From: Phycisphaerae bacterium
Lineage (GTDB): Bacteria > Planctomycetota > Phycisphaerae > UBA1845
DNA length: 64,000 nucleotides
Assembly (NCBI GenBank): GCA_013360585.1
Contig: JABWBH010000004.1
Coordinates: 49,422-113,421 of the forward strand
Direction of reading: 5' to 3'
The notes under the pieces were generated by a model that had not been told where the DNA came from, did no database searches, and worked only from the letters and a program-made list of their open reading frames with translations. Made by a program: the position numbers and the translations under genes. Below are positions 53,988 through 63,071 of the stretch, piece after piece (the first letter of the stretch is position 1; each line of letters starts with the position of its first letter).

Positions 53988-54581
53988 ATGAAAGCCCAAC
54001 CCTTCGCCCCGAAAACCTGCCATCGTTGCGACTACGACCTTTCCGGTCTGCCGGAGGACCACCGCTGTCCCAAGTGCGGCCTGCGCTACGACGCCGACAC
54101 CCGCTCGTGGCGCCCGAGCGAACCGTGGATTCAACCCGCCGCTCTGTTGATGCTCGCCATGTACATCGGACTGCCGGTTCTCGTCTGGCGCAAACCAGCG
54201 CTTGAGCTTGTCGTGCGCGCCCTGGCGGAGACGGTGCTCTGTTTTCTGGTGGTACGTGCGTGGCGTCATGAGCGCAAGGGCATCCTCATCGCCGTCCACC
54301 CGGAAGGCGTCTTCATTCGCGACCACGACCGCGAGGAGTGCTTCGACTGGGCGTCGATCGAATCTCTCGAAGTCGACGAGCGCGCGGGCCAGTTTTCTCG
54401 CCGGCATCAACTGCATCTGCGCCTGACGAGCGGGCGGCGGATTCCGCTCACGACGTTTTTTCTCTGGTCGGCGGACAAGAAGGCGTTTGCAGCAGTTTTC
54501 GGACTCACCCGCCGGCGCCACGCGGATGCGTCGAGCGCGAACGCCGTCGTGCGGGAAACGCCGCCGTCCCCGACGCCGTGA
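53988..54581 (+). CDS. Membrane protein with an N-terminal CxxC...CxxC zinc ribbon
   Basis: CHRCDYDLSGLPEDHRCPKCG is followed by two hydrophobic segments and a soluble C-terminal domain. Confidence 0.55.
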   Translation: MKAQPFAPKTCHRCDYDLSGLPEDHRCPKCGLRYDADTRSWRPSEPWIQPAALLMLAMYIGLPVLVWRKPALELVVRALAETVLCFLVVRAWRHERKGILIAVHPEGVFIRDHDREECFDWASIESLEVDERAGQFSRRHQLHLRLTSGRRIPLTTFFLWSADKKAFAAVFGLTRRRHADASSANAVVRETPPSPTP

Positions 54582-54656
54582 TCCGGCGCCGAGGGCGGTG
54601 GGGCGTCGCTTCAATCCGGTTCCGATCCGATGACCGCGGCGCGGTCCGACCGGACA

Positions 54657-56051
54657 TCAGTCGCAATCACACGCCAGCCGTTTTGAGGGATACTTGCAGA
54701 ATTTCTTCTTCGGGGTGCTCGTGTCATTCGAGCAGGCAATCGCCACATCGACGCGGCCTGTGCAATCTCCATCCCCGTCGCATGCCTTTCCGGTTTCGGG
54801 GCAGATGACGTCTCCGCGACGATCCGGACATCCCCCGGCAGCCCCGTCGTCGCAGTTATTCGCGACGGCCAGCCCGGTGATCTCGTGACTGCACTTTTTC
54901 TTCCCCGCGTCCGCCTTGCACACCACGTCCTTCGGCGCGAAGCACTCCTCCGGGCGGATCAGCGTGATCTGCGGTTCGCCGATCCAACCGGTGTCGATGT
55001 ACTTGACGCGCTGCCCGCGTACGAGCAGGTCCAGCCAGTACGGACCCGCGGCGACGGAGACGATCTCGCCGTCGTGACGTTCGTCGGTCATGACCACGAG
55101 GATCTTCAGTTTGCCGCTGTCCTGACGACAGTTGGCTTTGAACTTCTTCACGTCGTCGCAGGGAATTTCCGGTGGGAGGGTGCAGTCGTTGCCGCCGTCA
55201 CCGAAGGAATGCATCGCACCCAGCGGGTCCGGGCACAAACCGAAGGCGTAGGCGTAACACTCCTGCGGCGCCTGAAAGATCCCGTCGCGCGGGTTGTCGT
55301 CGTCATACTGCGTCGGTCCCTGCGCCCCGGGTCGGTGGGCGCTTGTGCCCCAGAGCATCGGCTGGGCGCAGGTCGCCAACTCGCCTTCGGCGCTGCGGAA
55401 GTATTGCACCTGATACCAGCCGGCGCCGTCGAGCGGCATCGTGTAAAATAGACCGGATTCGGTCAGATCGACGTTGCTGTAGTAGTAAGAACCGGGGTTG
55501 CACGCCAGCTCGCCAAAGTCGTAGGCGACGCCCGGATAGGCGGTCCTGAACCCCTGGCACGCCTCGCTGAAGTCTTCGCCGGTGACAACAACGATGACGC
55601 ATCGCTCCGTCTGCGCGTCTCCGCACGTCCAGTACCACGCGAAGTTGGTGTGCGTCGACTGCGCCCCCGCAATCGGCGTAACGAGGTCGTTGACCGCCCC
55701 GCCGCTGCAGTAGGACGGACCGAAGAACCAGCGCGTGCTGCCCAACCCGCAACCGTCCTCGTCCTCCGGTGCGCCCGTGTGATCCGGATCAAACGCGTCG
55801 AAATGCTCCGCGCCGTAACAGCCCGCAATCGGCGCCCGGTACTCCTGCCACGGTCCGAAGATCGGCCGCCCGTCTTCGATCCGCACCGACGCCACCTTGA
55901 GCGGCGCGACGGCGACGCCCCGCTCAACCGGGCGCAACTCCTTCCCCGCCACCTGCCCCGTGATCGCCGCGAGGGCGGTCAGAGCCGCAACGGTGATCCT
56001 GCAATTCCGATGCGGCGACACTCGCACCTTCAGAGACTTTCCCTTGCACAT
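54657..56051 (-). CDS. Large secreted cysteine-rich protein (465 aa); no family recognised
   Basis: GGAAGGAG precedes ATG 56051. Signal-like N-terminus: MCKGKSLKVRVSPHRNCRITVAALTALAAITGQVAG. There are more than 25 Cys. The C-terminal module is CPDRRGDVICPETGKACDGDGDCTG...FCKYPSKRLACDCD. Confidence 0.7.
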   Translation of the reverse strand: MCKGKSLKVRVSPHRNCRITVAALTALAAITGQVAGKELRPVERGVAVAPLKVASVRIEDGRPIFGPWQEYRAPIAGCYGAEHFDAFDPDHTGAPEDEDGCGLGSTRWFFGPSYCSGGAVNDLVTPIAGAQSTHTNFAWYWTCGDAQTERCVIVVVTGEDFSEACQGFRTAYPGVAYDFGELACNPGSYYYSNVDLTESGLFYTMPLDGAGWYQVQYFRSAEGELATCAQPMLWGTSAHRPGAQGPTQYDDDNPRDGIFQAPQECYAYAFGLCPDPLGAMHSFGDGGNDCTLPPEIPCDDVKKFKANCRQDSGKLKILVVMTDERHDGEIVSVAAGPYWLDLLVRGQRVKYIDTGWIGEPQITLIRPEECFAPKDVVCKADAGKKKCSHEITGLAVANNCDDGAAGGCPDRRGDVICPETGKACDGDGDCTGRVDVAIACSNDTSTPKKKFCKYPSKRLACDCD

Positions 56052-56375
56052 GACGTTGCTCCTTCCATCAACATGACCAAGGCGCGGCGTCAACGCGACG
56101 CCTCGCGCCGAACTCCTCAACCCCCGTCCCGTCCCCCGCGCCGCAACCGGCGCGCGGATCGAGCCGGGACTCGTGCTGCAAGGGTGATGCACGACGCCAG
56201 AGGTCGATCGACCCGTCGAGCGGCGATCTTCGGCGCCGCCGGATCTTCCCCCGACACGCCTGACAACCCGGTTTCAAACGAGGCGGTCAACGAGACCTCT
56301 GTCCGGGTTCATCAACGCAGGTTAGACTTTCAATTCACGCGCCGGCGCCACAGGTTTTCTCAATATTCGCCGGCC

Positions 56376-56972
56376 GTGCTCGGAGAGGCGCTGGTGGCCG
56401 AATCACAACAGGAACCTGCAAGACCCGCTCCCGAGGGGCCGCGCGGTCCCGGCTGGGTGCTCATCGGTTTTCGCGGAAGCGGGAAGACGACCGTCGGCCG
56501 CGCGCTGGCGGAGCGGCTTGGGGTACCCTTCGTCGACACGGACGAGCAGATCGTACGTCGCGCGGGTCGCTCGATCCGGGAGATCTTTGCCGACTCCGGT
56601 GAATCGGCGTTCCGGGAGCTGGAGCGCGCGATGATTGCGGAACTTAACCCGTCGCCCGCCAAGATCATCGCCGTCGGAGGCGGCGCAATTGAGGATCGTC
56701 GCAACGTCGCCCGATTGCGTAAACTCGGCCGCATCATCTGGCTCGACGCGCCAGCCGCCGTCCTCACCGCCAGGATCGCTGCCGACCCGGAAACCGAAAC
56801 CACGAGACCCTCGTTGACCGGATTGAGTCCGGCAGATGAGGTGGCGACCGTGCTGCTGCGCCGCCGCCCGTTGTACGCCCAGGCCTGCGACCTTCGCGTC
56901 GATGCAACTTCCGACACTCCCGCCGTGATCGTCGAAGTCATCCTCAAGGCTTTTCCCCCCGCATCGGCCTGA
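56376..56972 (+). CDS. aroK: Shikimate kinase
   Basis: VLIGFRGSGKTTVGRALAERLGVPFVDTDEQI...SIREIF...GESAFRELE...IAVGGGA. The start is uncertain (GTG 56376 or GTG 56394). The long upstream part of the track ORF is an antisense shadow. Confidence 0.85.
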   Translation: MLGEALVAESQQEPARPAPEGPRGPGWVLIGFRGSGKTTVGRALAERLGVPFVDTDEQIVRRAGRSIREIFADSGESAFRELERAMIAELNPSPAKIIAVGGGAIEDRRNVARLRKLGRIIWLDAPAAVLTARIAADPETETTRPSLTGLSPADEVATVLLRRRPLYAQACDLRVDATSDTPAVIVEVILKAFPPASA

Positions 56973-57399
56973 ACGCGTCTTATTCAGGGCGGCATTGAGT
57001 TGCGGGGATTCACCCACCGAGAAGGGGGGGCGGAATCTGGGAAGCGACGCTAAGGCTTGCGTGGGTATCTGTCTTTGACATTCGGCGCAGATTGACATCC
57101 GCGAGGCGAGCATCGGTCAGGGTGCAGCGCCAGCCGGATGCCCAGATTTACGGATCGATCGAGAGTGCGTCTCTTGGTCGGATCTTCGATCCGAATCATT
57201 GTCGAACAACCAGTGCCGTCAGGTCGTCACTGACAACGAGGATCATGTTCAATAATTTAAGGGAGAATCCTCATAGAAAAGACGAAATTGCATGTTAGGA
57301 TTCCCCCCTTCAAGAGGCGGGTCGCCGGGCGGCTGCGGCCTCTGCGGTTGCCGAAAAATTTGAAGAACCCGCGCGTTCAACAGCGCTTCTTTCCCCTCC

Positions 57400-57443
57400 G
57401 GAAAGCACCGGGAGCACCTTGCATAACCCGGTGCTTTCTTTTT
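57400..57443 (+). terminator. Canonical intrinsic terminator with no annotated gene upstream
   Basis: GAAAGCACCGGG (57400-11) pairs with CCCGGTGCTTTC (57426-37) across a 14-nt loop, followed by T6. It lies about 430 nt downstream of the aroK stop. Confidence 0.75.
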
Positions 57444-57651
57444 TGGGGTCGCGCGTTCACCGGCGAGGGTGCCGCGGACCCGTCAACCCGCCCCTCCCGC
57501 CGCGTGGTTTCCGAGGGCGCCTGGATCGGATCCGCCCCGAAACGTCCTCACTTTCGGCGGTTTTCGGAGATTCTTAACGAATACCGCGCGCGGAAGACAC
57601 AATTTACTCACAGGCGGACGGGTTGATGTCGGCTGGAGAGGACGTGCCGGG

Positions 57652-58866
57652 TTGAAGATCGTTTACGGCGTTCACGGTTACGGTCGCGGGCACTCGATGC
57701 GAGCCCGAGCGGTGTTGCCTGCGCTGACCAGCCGGCATGACGTCCTGCTGCTCGCCGGCGGGGACGCCTACGAAGCGCTGTCGCCGGACTACCCCGTGAC
57801 GCGCATTCCGATCCTGCGTTTTCAATACCGTCGTCCCGGACGGATCTCCGTGCGGCGCACCCTGCGCGACAACGCCGGCACGCTGGCGGACCTCATGCTC
57901 AGACGAGGCGCGATGCGCGACGTGATCGAGCGCATCCGGACGTTCAAGGCCGATGTCGTCATCTCGGACTCGGAAGTGTTTACGAACCGGGCGGCTGCCT
58001 GCCTGCGCGTGCCGCGCATCAGCTTCGATCATTTCGGAGTGCTGGTGTACTGTCACCTTCCGCTGGACGCGGTCGATCGGTTGCGCGCCGCGGGACAGGC
58101 GGCGGTGTACCGCCTCCTGATGGGCACACCGCAGCGGGTCGTCGTCTCCAGCTTCTTCGACGCGGCTCCGAAGCGCCCCGGGGTCCGTGTCATCGGTCCG
58201 GTCATCCGCCCCGAAGCCCGCGCCCTGAAACCCGCCGCTGGCGACCACCTTCTGGCGTATTTCAGCATCGGGGAGAAAGAGTTCGACGCTCGCGTCGAAC
58301 AAGCGCTGCGGCAGGCGGGTGTTCCGGTCCGCATTTACGGCGCGCCTCGAACCGGGTCCGACGGCAACCTGACGTTCAAACCGATCGCGAACCGTCCCTT
58401 TCTGGAGGACTTTGCGTCGTGCCGGGCGATTCTGGGCACAACGGGCAATCAGCTCTTAAGCGAGGCTTTGCATTTCGGGAAACCGGTCCTCGGCCTGCCG
58501 ATCGACTGTCTTGAGCAGCGGATCAACGCCGCGGCCGTGGAGCGCCTCGGCATCGGCTGGTCCCGGCGGCGCGAGGATCTGTCCAGCGATCTGATCCAGT
58601 CCTTTCTGGAACGCGCGCCGCGATTCCGCGAGTCGCTTAAGTGCGGCGCACGTGACGGGGAGCGTGAGGCGATCGAGGCGATCGAGGCGTTTGCGGTCGA
58701 ACTGACCGGATCGAAGGGGATATCGCGAGGCTCTCCGGCGCCCGGCTGCCCCGCTCCCGTCAACGCCCCCGAGATCCTCCACACCAGGGAACTCCAGGAA
58801 AAGCAGCGGGATATCCGTTTCCGGACCGAGGCCGCGATGACCCCGCACACGCAGGAGGCGTTATGA
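57652..58866 (+). CDS. GT-B glycosyltransferase (MurG/GT28-like, TIGR00661-type)
   Basis: KIVYGVHGYGRGHSMRARAVLPAL is a Gly-rich N-terminal loop. The C-terminal half reads CRAILGTTGNQLLSEALHFGKPVLGLP. TTG at 57652 follows GGAGAGGA. The family name is from memory. Confidence 0.7.
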   Translation: MKIVYGVHGYGRGHSMRARAVLPALTSRHDVLLLAGGDAYEALSPDYPVTRIPILRFQYRRPGRISVRRTLRDNAGTLADLMLRRGAMRDVIERIRTFKADVVISDSEVFTNRAAACLRVPRISFDHFGVLVYCHLPLDAVDRLRAAGQAAVYRLLMGTPQRVVVSSFFDAAPKRPGVRVIGPVIRPEARALKPAAGDHLLAYFSIGEKEFDARVEQALRQAGVPVRIYGAPRTGSDGNLTFKPIANRPFLEDFASCRAILGTTGNQLLSEALHFGKPVLGLPIDCLEQRINAAAVERLGIGWSRRREDLSSDLIQSFLERAPRFRESLKCGARDGEREAIEAIEAFAVELTGSKGISRGSPAPGCPAPVNAPEILHTRELQEKQRDIRFRTEAAMTPHTQEAL

Positions 58867-59810
58867 CCACGTGCTCACGCGCGACGTCCGGCGGCGATGT
58901 CCACCCGCCCCACGGCAAGACCTACCGCAGCGTCTTCATTTCCGATGTGCATTTGTGCGCCCGGGATGCCCAGTCCGAGCGCCTTTACGAGTTCCTCGAC
59001 GGGCTTCGCTGCGACTACCTCTACCTGGTCGGAGACGTCATCGATGTCTGGGCGCTGCGCAAGAAGTGGTACTGGCCGCGGCAATACAACGACGTCGTAC
59101 ACAAGCTCCTGAAGCGTTCCCGCAAGGGGGCCAAGGTTATCCTCATTCCCGGTAATCACGACGACTTTTTCCGCGACTTCCTCGGCACGCGCTTCGGCGA
59201 CATCGAGGTGCGTGCGCACGACTATCACACCACGGCCGACGGCCGGCGCTTCCTCGTCATTCACGGCGACCAGTTCGACACCGTCGTGCGCTATCATCGG
59301 TGGTTGTCCGTGCTGAGCTGCTGGGCATATCAATACCTGATCACGCTTAACCGCCTCGTGAACGCGGTGCGCCGGCGGCTGGGCAAGCCCTACTGGAGCC
59401 TCGCCGGCGCGGTCAAGCAGCGCGTCAAGCGCGCGGTCAAGTTCATCAGCGACTTCGAGACCACGCTCATCGCCGAGGCGAAGCGGCAGAACGTCGCCGG
59501 CGTCATCTGCGGTCACATTCACCAGCCGGATCTGCGGCAGACGGACGGAATCCTTTACGTTAACACCGGCGACTGGGTGGAGCACTGCACGGCGATCGTC
59601 GAGGACGAGACCGGTCGCCTCAGCCTGATCACCTGGCCGGAGAACGCCAAGGCCACGGGCGCGCGGACCCTCCGCTTCGAAGCTCCCGCTGACGCCGAGA
59701 CGCAGGAGGGTGTCATTGACATGACCCTTGATACCCCGGGCGCCGACCCCGGCCGCAAAACCGGCGGCGCGCGGGGACCGCGGCGCCCGGCGCCCGCGCA
59801 CGCTTCGTGA
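58863..59810 (+). CDS. LpxH/YbbF-family metallophosphoesterase (UDP-2,3-diacylglucosamine diphosphatase-like)
   Basis: VFISDVHL, YLVGDVIDVW, LIPGNHDD, VIHGDQFD and ICGHIHQP are the calcineurin-like metal ligand blocks in LpxH order. There is a 4-bp ATGA overlap with the upstream glycosyltransferase gene. Confidence 0.8.
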   Translation: MTTCSRATSGGDVHPPHGKTYRSVFISDVHLCARDAQSERLYEFLDGLRCDYLYLVGDVIDVWALRKKWYWPRQYNDVVHKLLKRSRKGAKVILIPGNHDDFFRDFLGTRFGDIEVRAHDYHTTADGRRFLVIHGDQFDTVVRYHRWLSVLSCWAYQYLITLNRLVNAVRRRLGKPYWSLAGAVKQRVKRAVKFISDFETTLIAEAKRQNVAGVICGHIHQPDLRQTDGILYVNTGDWVEHCTAIVEDETGRLSLITWPENAKATGARTLRFEAPADAETQEGVIDMTLDTPGADPGRKTGGARGPRRPAPAHAS

Positions 59811-59950
59811 CCGCGCCCGACCGCTTCCCGGCGGCACTGCGGACGTCGTGTCGCCTCTTTCGGCGGCGTGCGCCGAAGCCGCGGCGGGGGTAGGGTGGGC
59901 TGACCGCTCCGCGGCTGCGTGTAAATCTCGCCGCGTTCCGACGCGAAGAC

Positions 59951-60556
59951 TCATCGCGTGGATTCCGACGGGATGAACGACATCGTGACGAGGAAAGGCT
60001 CGGGACCGGCGTCGTTGACTTCGAGGCGGATCACGACCAGGGCGTTGCACGGGAAGTCCGCGCCGAGAAGGAACGTCTGCGCCGCCGCGAATCCCGCATC
60101 CGGCACGGCTGCGTCCGCGTCGCCGGCGGGTGCGGAGGAAAAACCCACGCCGGTCAGAAGCGCGTCCTCGTTGAAATCGTCTTCGGATGCGGTTTCCCTG
60201 ACGAGATCCGCCAGCGCTTCACCACCGATGCTCAGCAGGCGGGCGCAGGGAAGCTCAAGCGTCTCGCTGGCGGCATTTCCCTCAAGGACGCGCAGGGGGC
60301 TTGACCCGCCGAACTGGACGAACTGCGGCACGGTGTCCGCATCCGTGTGATCGTAGGTTCCGGCGGTGAAGAGCGCCCGATGCGGCGTGTTGTTGATGAA
60401 GACGATCTCGATCGCCCCGCGCTCGCCCGCCGTGTCGCCGCCGAGAGACGCGGTCTGATTCAGAAAAGCATCGGCGCATCCGGACGCAACGATGACACAG
60501 ACTGACGCCGCGACGCCGACTGATCGTTTCAATACGGATTCCCACCAGTTGTGCAT
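59951..60556 (-). CDS. Hypothetical lipoprotein
   Basis: ATG at 60556. The lipobox is VIVASGCAD. Composition is balanced. I recognise no family. Confidence 0.55.
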   Translation of the reverse strand: MHNWWESVLKRSVGVAASVCVIVASGCADAFLNQTASLGGDTAGERGAIEIVFINNTPHRALFTAGTYDHTDADTVPQFVQFGGSSPLRVLEGNAASETLELPCARLLSIGGEALADLVRETASEDDFNEDALLTGVGFSSAPAGDADAAVPDAGFAAAQTFLLGADFPCNALVVIRLEVNDAGPEPFLVTMSFIPSESTR

Positions 60557-60729
60557 GACGTTTCGCCTTGCCCTGAATCCCGCGTCGCCGTCTCCACCCC
60601 GTTTCCGTGCGTCGAACGTCGCCCGGAAACGCGCCCTCTGAATGCATTATCGACGGTCGCGGCGGCTCGATAAAGGCCCCCCTCACGCGATCGCCGGGGA
60701 CGCAGCGGCGGCTCGGCAAGCCGGGCGAG

Positions 60730-61893
60730 TTACTCGCGCGGCGCCAGACCGCGAGCGGTGTCGAGGTAATGCGCGTACGCGGCGCGGACCTCGCGGATCG
60801 TGTCTCCGGCGAATTTCTCCAGAAACGCCGCCGCCACTTCGAACGCCACGACGTTCTCCACCACGACGCTTGCCGCGGGAACGGCGCAGACGTCGCTGCG
60901 CTCGTAATCCGAGCGCTGCGGCGTCAACGTCGTCAGGTTCACGCTGTCCATCCCCTGAAGGAGGGTGCTGATCGGTTTCATCGCCGCGCGGACGACGAGC
61001 GGCTGTCCGTTAGTCATGCCCCCTTCCAGCCCGCCGGCATGATTCCGCCTTCGGATGAAGCCGAGCGCCGGCGTCCCGCGCCGGGCGGGATCGAAGCCGA
61101 TCGCGTCATGCACGCGGCTTCCGGGCAGCGCCGCGGCCGCAAACCCCAGTCCGATCTCGACGCCCTTGATCGCCTGGATCGACCCGACCGCGCGCATCAA
61201 GCGCCCGTCCAGCTTGTCCTGCCAGCGGGCGCAGCTCCCCAGTCCTGGAGGCAGGTTGTACACCCTCGCTTCGACGATACCGCCGAGCGTGTCCCGGTCG
61301 ATCTTCGCCTGCCGGATCGCCGCGATCATGCGTTCCGCAGCGGCCGGGTCAGGGCAGTACGCCTCGTTGGCGTCCCGCGCCGCTCGCAGGGGATCCGACG
61401 AAAGCGAGTCGGGTGCGTCCGCCGCCACGTCGCCGATGCGGATGACGAACCCGACGGACTCGATGCCGAACTCGGAAAGAAGGGCTTTCGTCAGCGCCCC
61501 CGCCGCGACGCGACCCGCCGTCTCTCGCGCCGACGCACGCTCCAGCACGTCGCGGCAATCGGAGGTCAGCCACTTCAGACTGCCGGCAAGGTCCGCATGT
61601 CCCGGGCGAGGCGTGTGCAGCGCGGGTGCGTCGTCCAGGCGGTTGTCACGGTTGACGATCCGCAGCGCAACGGGCGAACCCAGCGTCATGCCCCGGCGCA
61701 CCCCGGACAGAATCTCGACGCGGTCCCGCTCGATCTGCATCCGTCCACCGCGACCGTATCCGCCCTGGCGCCGAATCAGTTCCGCGTCGATCGCCCCGGC
61801 GTCCACCCTCAGCCCTGCCGGCAACCCCTCGACCAGCGCCAGAACGCAAGGCCCGTGCGATTCCCCGGCCGTGTGACACGTCAAACGAGACAT
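60730..61893 (-). CDS. aroC: Chorismate synthase
   Basis: TAGESHGPCVLALVEGLPAG, RRQGGYGRGGRMQIE, RPGHADL and SARETAGRVAAGA. Confidence 0.96.
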   Translation of the reverse strand: MSRLTCHTAGESHGPCVLALVEGLPAGLRVDAGAIDAELIRRQGGYGRGGRMQIERDRVEILSGVRRGMTLGSPVALRIVNRDNRLDDAPALHTPRPGHADLAGSLKWLTSDCRDVLERASARETAGRVAAGALTKALLSEFGIESVGFVIRIGDVAADAPDSLSSDPLRAARDANEAYCPDPAAAERMIAAIRQAKIDRDTLGGIVEARVYNLPPGLGSCARWQDKLDGRLMRAVGSIQAIKGVEIGLGFAAAALPGSRVHDAIGFDPARRGTPALGFIRRRNHAGGLEGGMTNGQPLVVRAAMKPISTLLQGMDSVNLTTLTPQRSDYERSDVCAVPAASVVVENVVAFEVAAAFLEKFAGDTIREVRAAYAHYLDTARGLAPRE

Positions 61894-62107
61894 GCCCGTA
61901 TCCTAGCCGCCGGCATTCCGCGGCGACAGCGCAGCCCGGCGGAGGCCGATGTGTGCAGCACGTTGCAAGAGCGTTGCGGATCCGCCCGGATCGCGAAGCT
62001 CTGCTTCGTACGAGGCGAACCGGAGGTCCGCGATCCGGACTGGAACTGCGCCGGAGGTTCGTGATCCGGCGTTTACGTCGTTCCGCAAGGCGGTGTACGA
62101 TGTTCAT

Positions 62108-63052
62108 ATGCGAACACTGGTTACCGGCGGAGCGGGGTTTCTCGGCAGCCACCTTTGTGAGCGGCTGCTGCGGGACGGGCATGAGGTCATCTGCCTCGAC
62201 AATCTCTTCACCGGCTCGAAGGAGAACATCCGCCCCCTGCTGGAGCGTGATGGGGCGACGGGGCGCTTCGAATTCATCCGGCATGACGTCGTCGAGCCGA
62301 TTCTTCTGGAGGTGGACTGGGTCTTCAATCTCGCCTGCCCCGCGTCACCGGTTCATTACCAGTTCAACCCGGTGAAGACCGTCAAGACCAGTGTGATGGG
62401 CGCGCTGAACATGCTGGGTCTCGCCAAGCGCGTCAAGGCCCGCGTCCTTCAGGCGTCCACCAGCGAAGTTTACGGCGACCCCCAGGAGCACCCGCAGCGC
62501 GAGGAATACTGGGGCCACGTCAACCCGATCGGACCGCGCGCCTGCTACGACGAAGGCAAGCGCGTCGCCGAGACGCTCATGATGGATTATCACCGCCAGA
62601 ACCGGGTGGACATCCGCATCGTGCGCATCTTCAACACTTACGGACCCCGGATGGCCGTCGGCGACGGACGCGTCGTCAGCAATTTCATCGTCCAGGCGCT
62701 GCGCGGCGAGCCGGTCACGGTTTACGGCGACGGCCGGCAGACGCGCAGCTTCTGCTACGTGGATGATCTCATCGACGGGATCGTGCGCTTGATGAAGTAC
62801 GAAGATGCCGACGCGCATGAACCGGTCAACATCGGGAACACGACGGAAGTGACGATGCTGGAGCTGGTCGAAACGCTCGGCGAAGTGCTCGGAAAAAAGC
62901 CGGCGATCGAGCACCGTCCGCTCCCGGTCAACGACCCCGTCCGCCGCAAACCGGACATCGCCCGTGCGAAAATGCGCCTCGGCTGGGAGCCGCGCACGCC
63001 GCTGCGCGACGGACTCGCCCGGACGATCGAGTTCTTCCGGGCGATCGCCTGA
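62108..63052 (+). CDS. UDP-glucuronate decarboxylase (UDP-xylose synthase)-type NAD-dependent SDR
   Basis: [57 protein letters not shown] and [10 protein letters not shown] are the UXS-type signature. Confidence 0.9.
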   Translation: MRTLVTGGAGFLGSHLCERLLRDGHEVICLDNLFTGSKENIRPLLERDGATGRFEFIRHDVVEPILLEVDWVFNLACPASPVHYQFNPVKTVKTSVMGALNMLGLAKRVKARVLQASTSEVYGDPQEHPQREEYWGHVNPIGPRACYDEGKRVAETLMMDYHRQNRVDIRIVRIFNTYGPRMAVGDGRVVSNFIVQALRGEPVTVYGDGRQTRSFCYVDDLIDGIVRLMKYEDADAHEPVNIGNTTEVTMLELVETLGEVLGKKPAIEHRPLPVNDPVRRKPDIARAKMRLGWEPRTPLRDGLARTIEFFRAIA

Positions 63053-63071
63053 CCGGGACGGTCCTGCGCCG

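Noticed and set aside
57291-57362. 23-codon ORF (MLGFPPSRGGSPGGCGLCGCRKI), and the 26-codon ORF at 48691..48771, as micropeptide genes
   Set aside because: Neither has a recognisable Shine-Dalgarno sequence, and there is no way to assess conservation here. They are mentioned only as alternatives within the candidate-sRNA findings.
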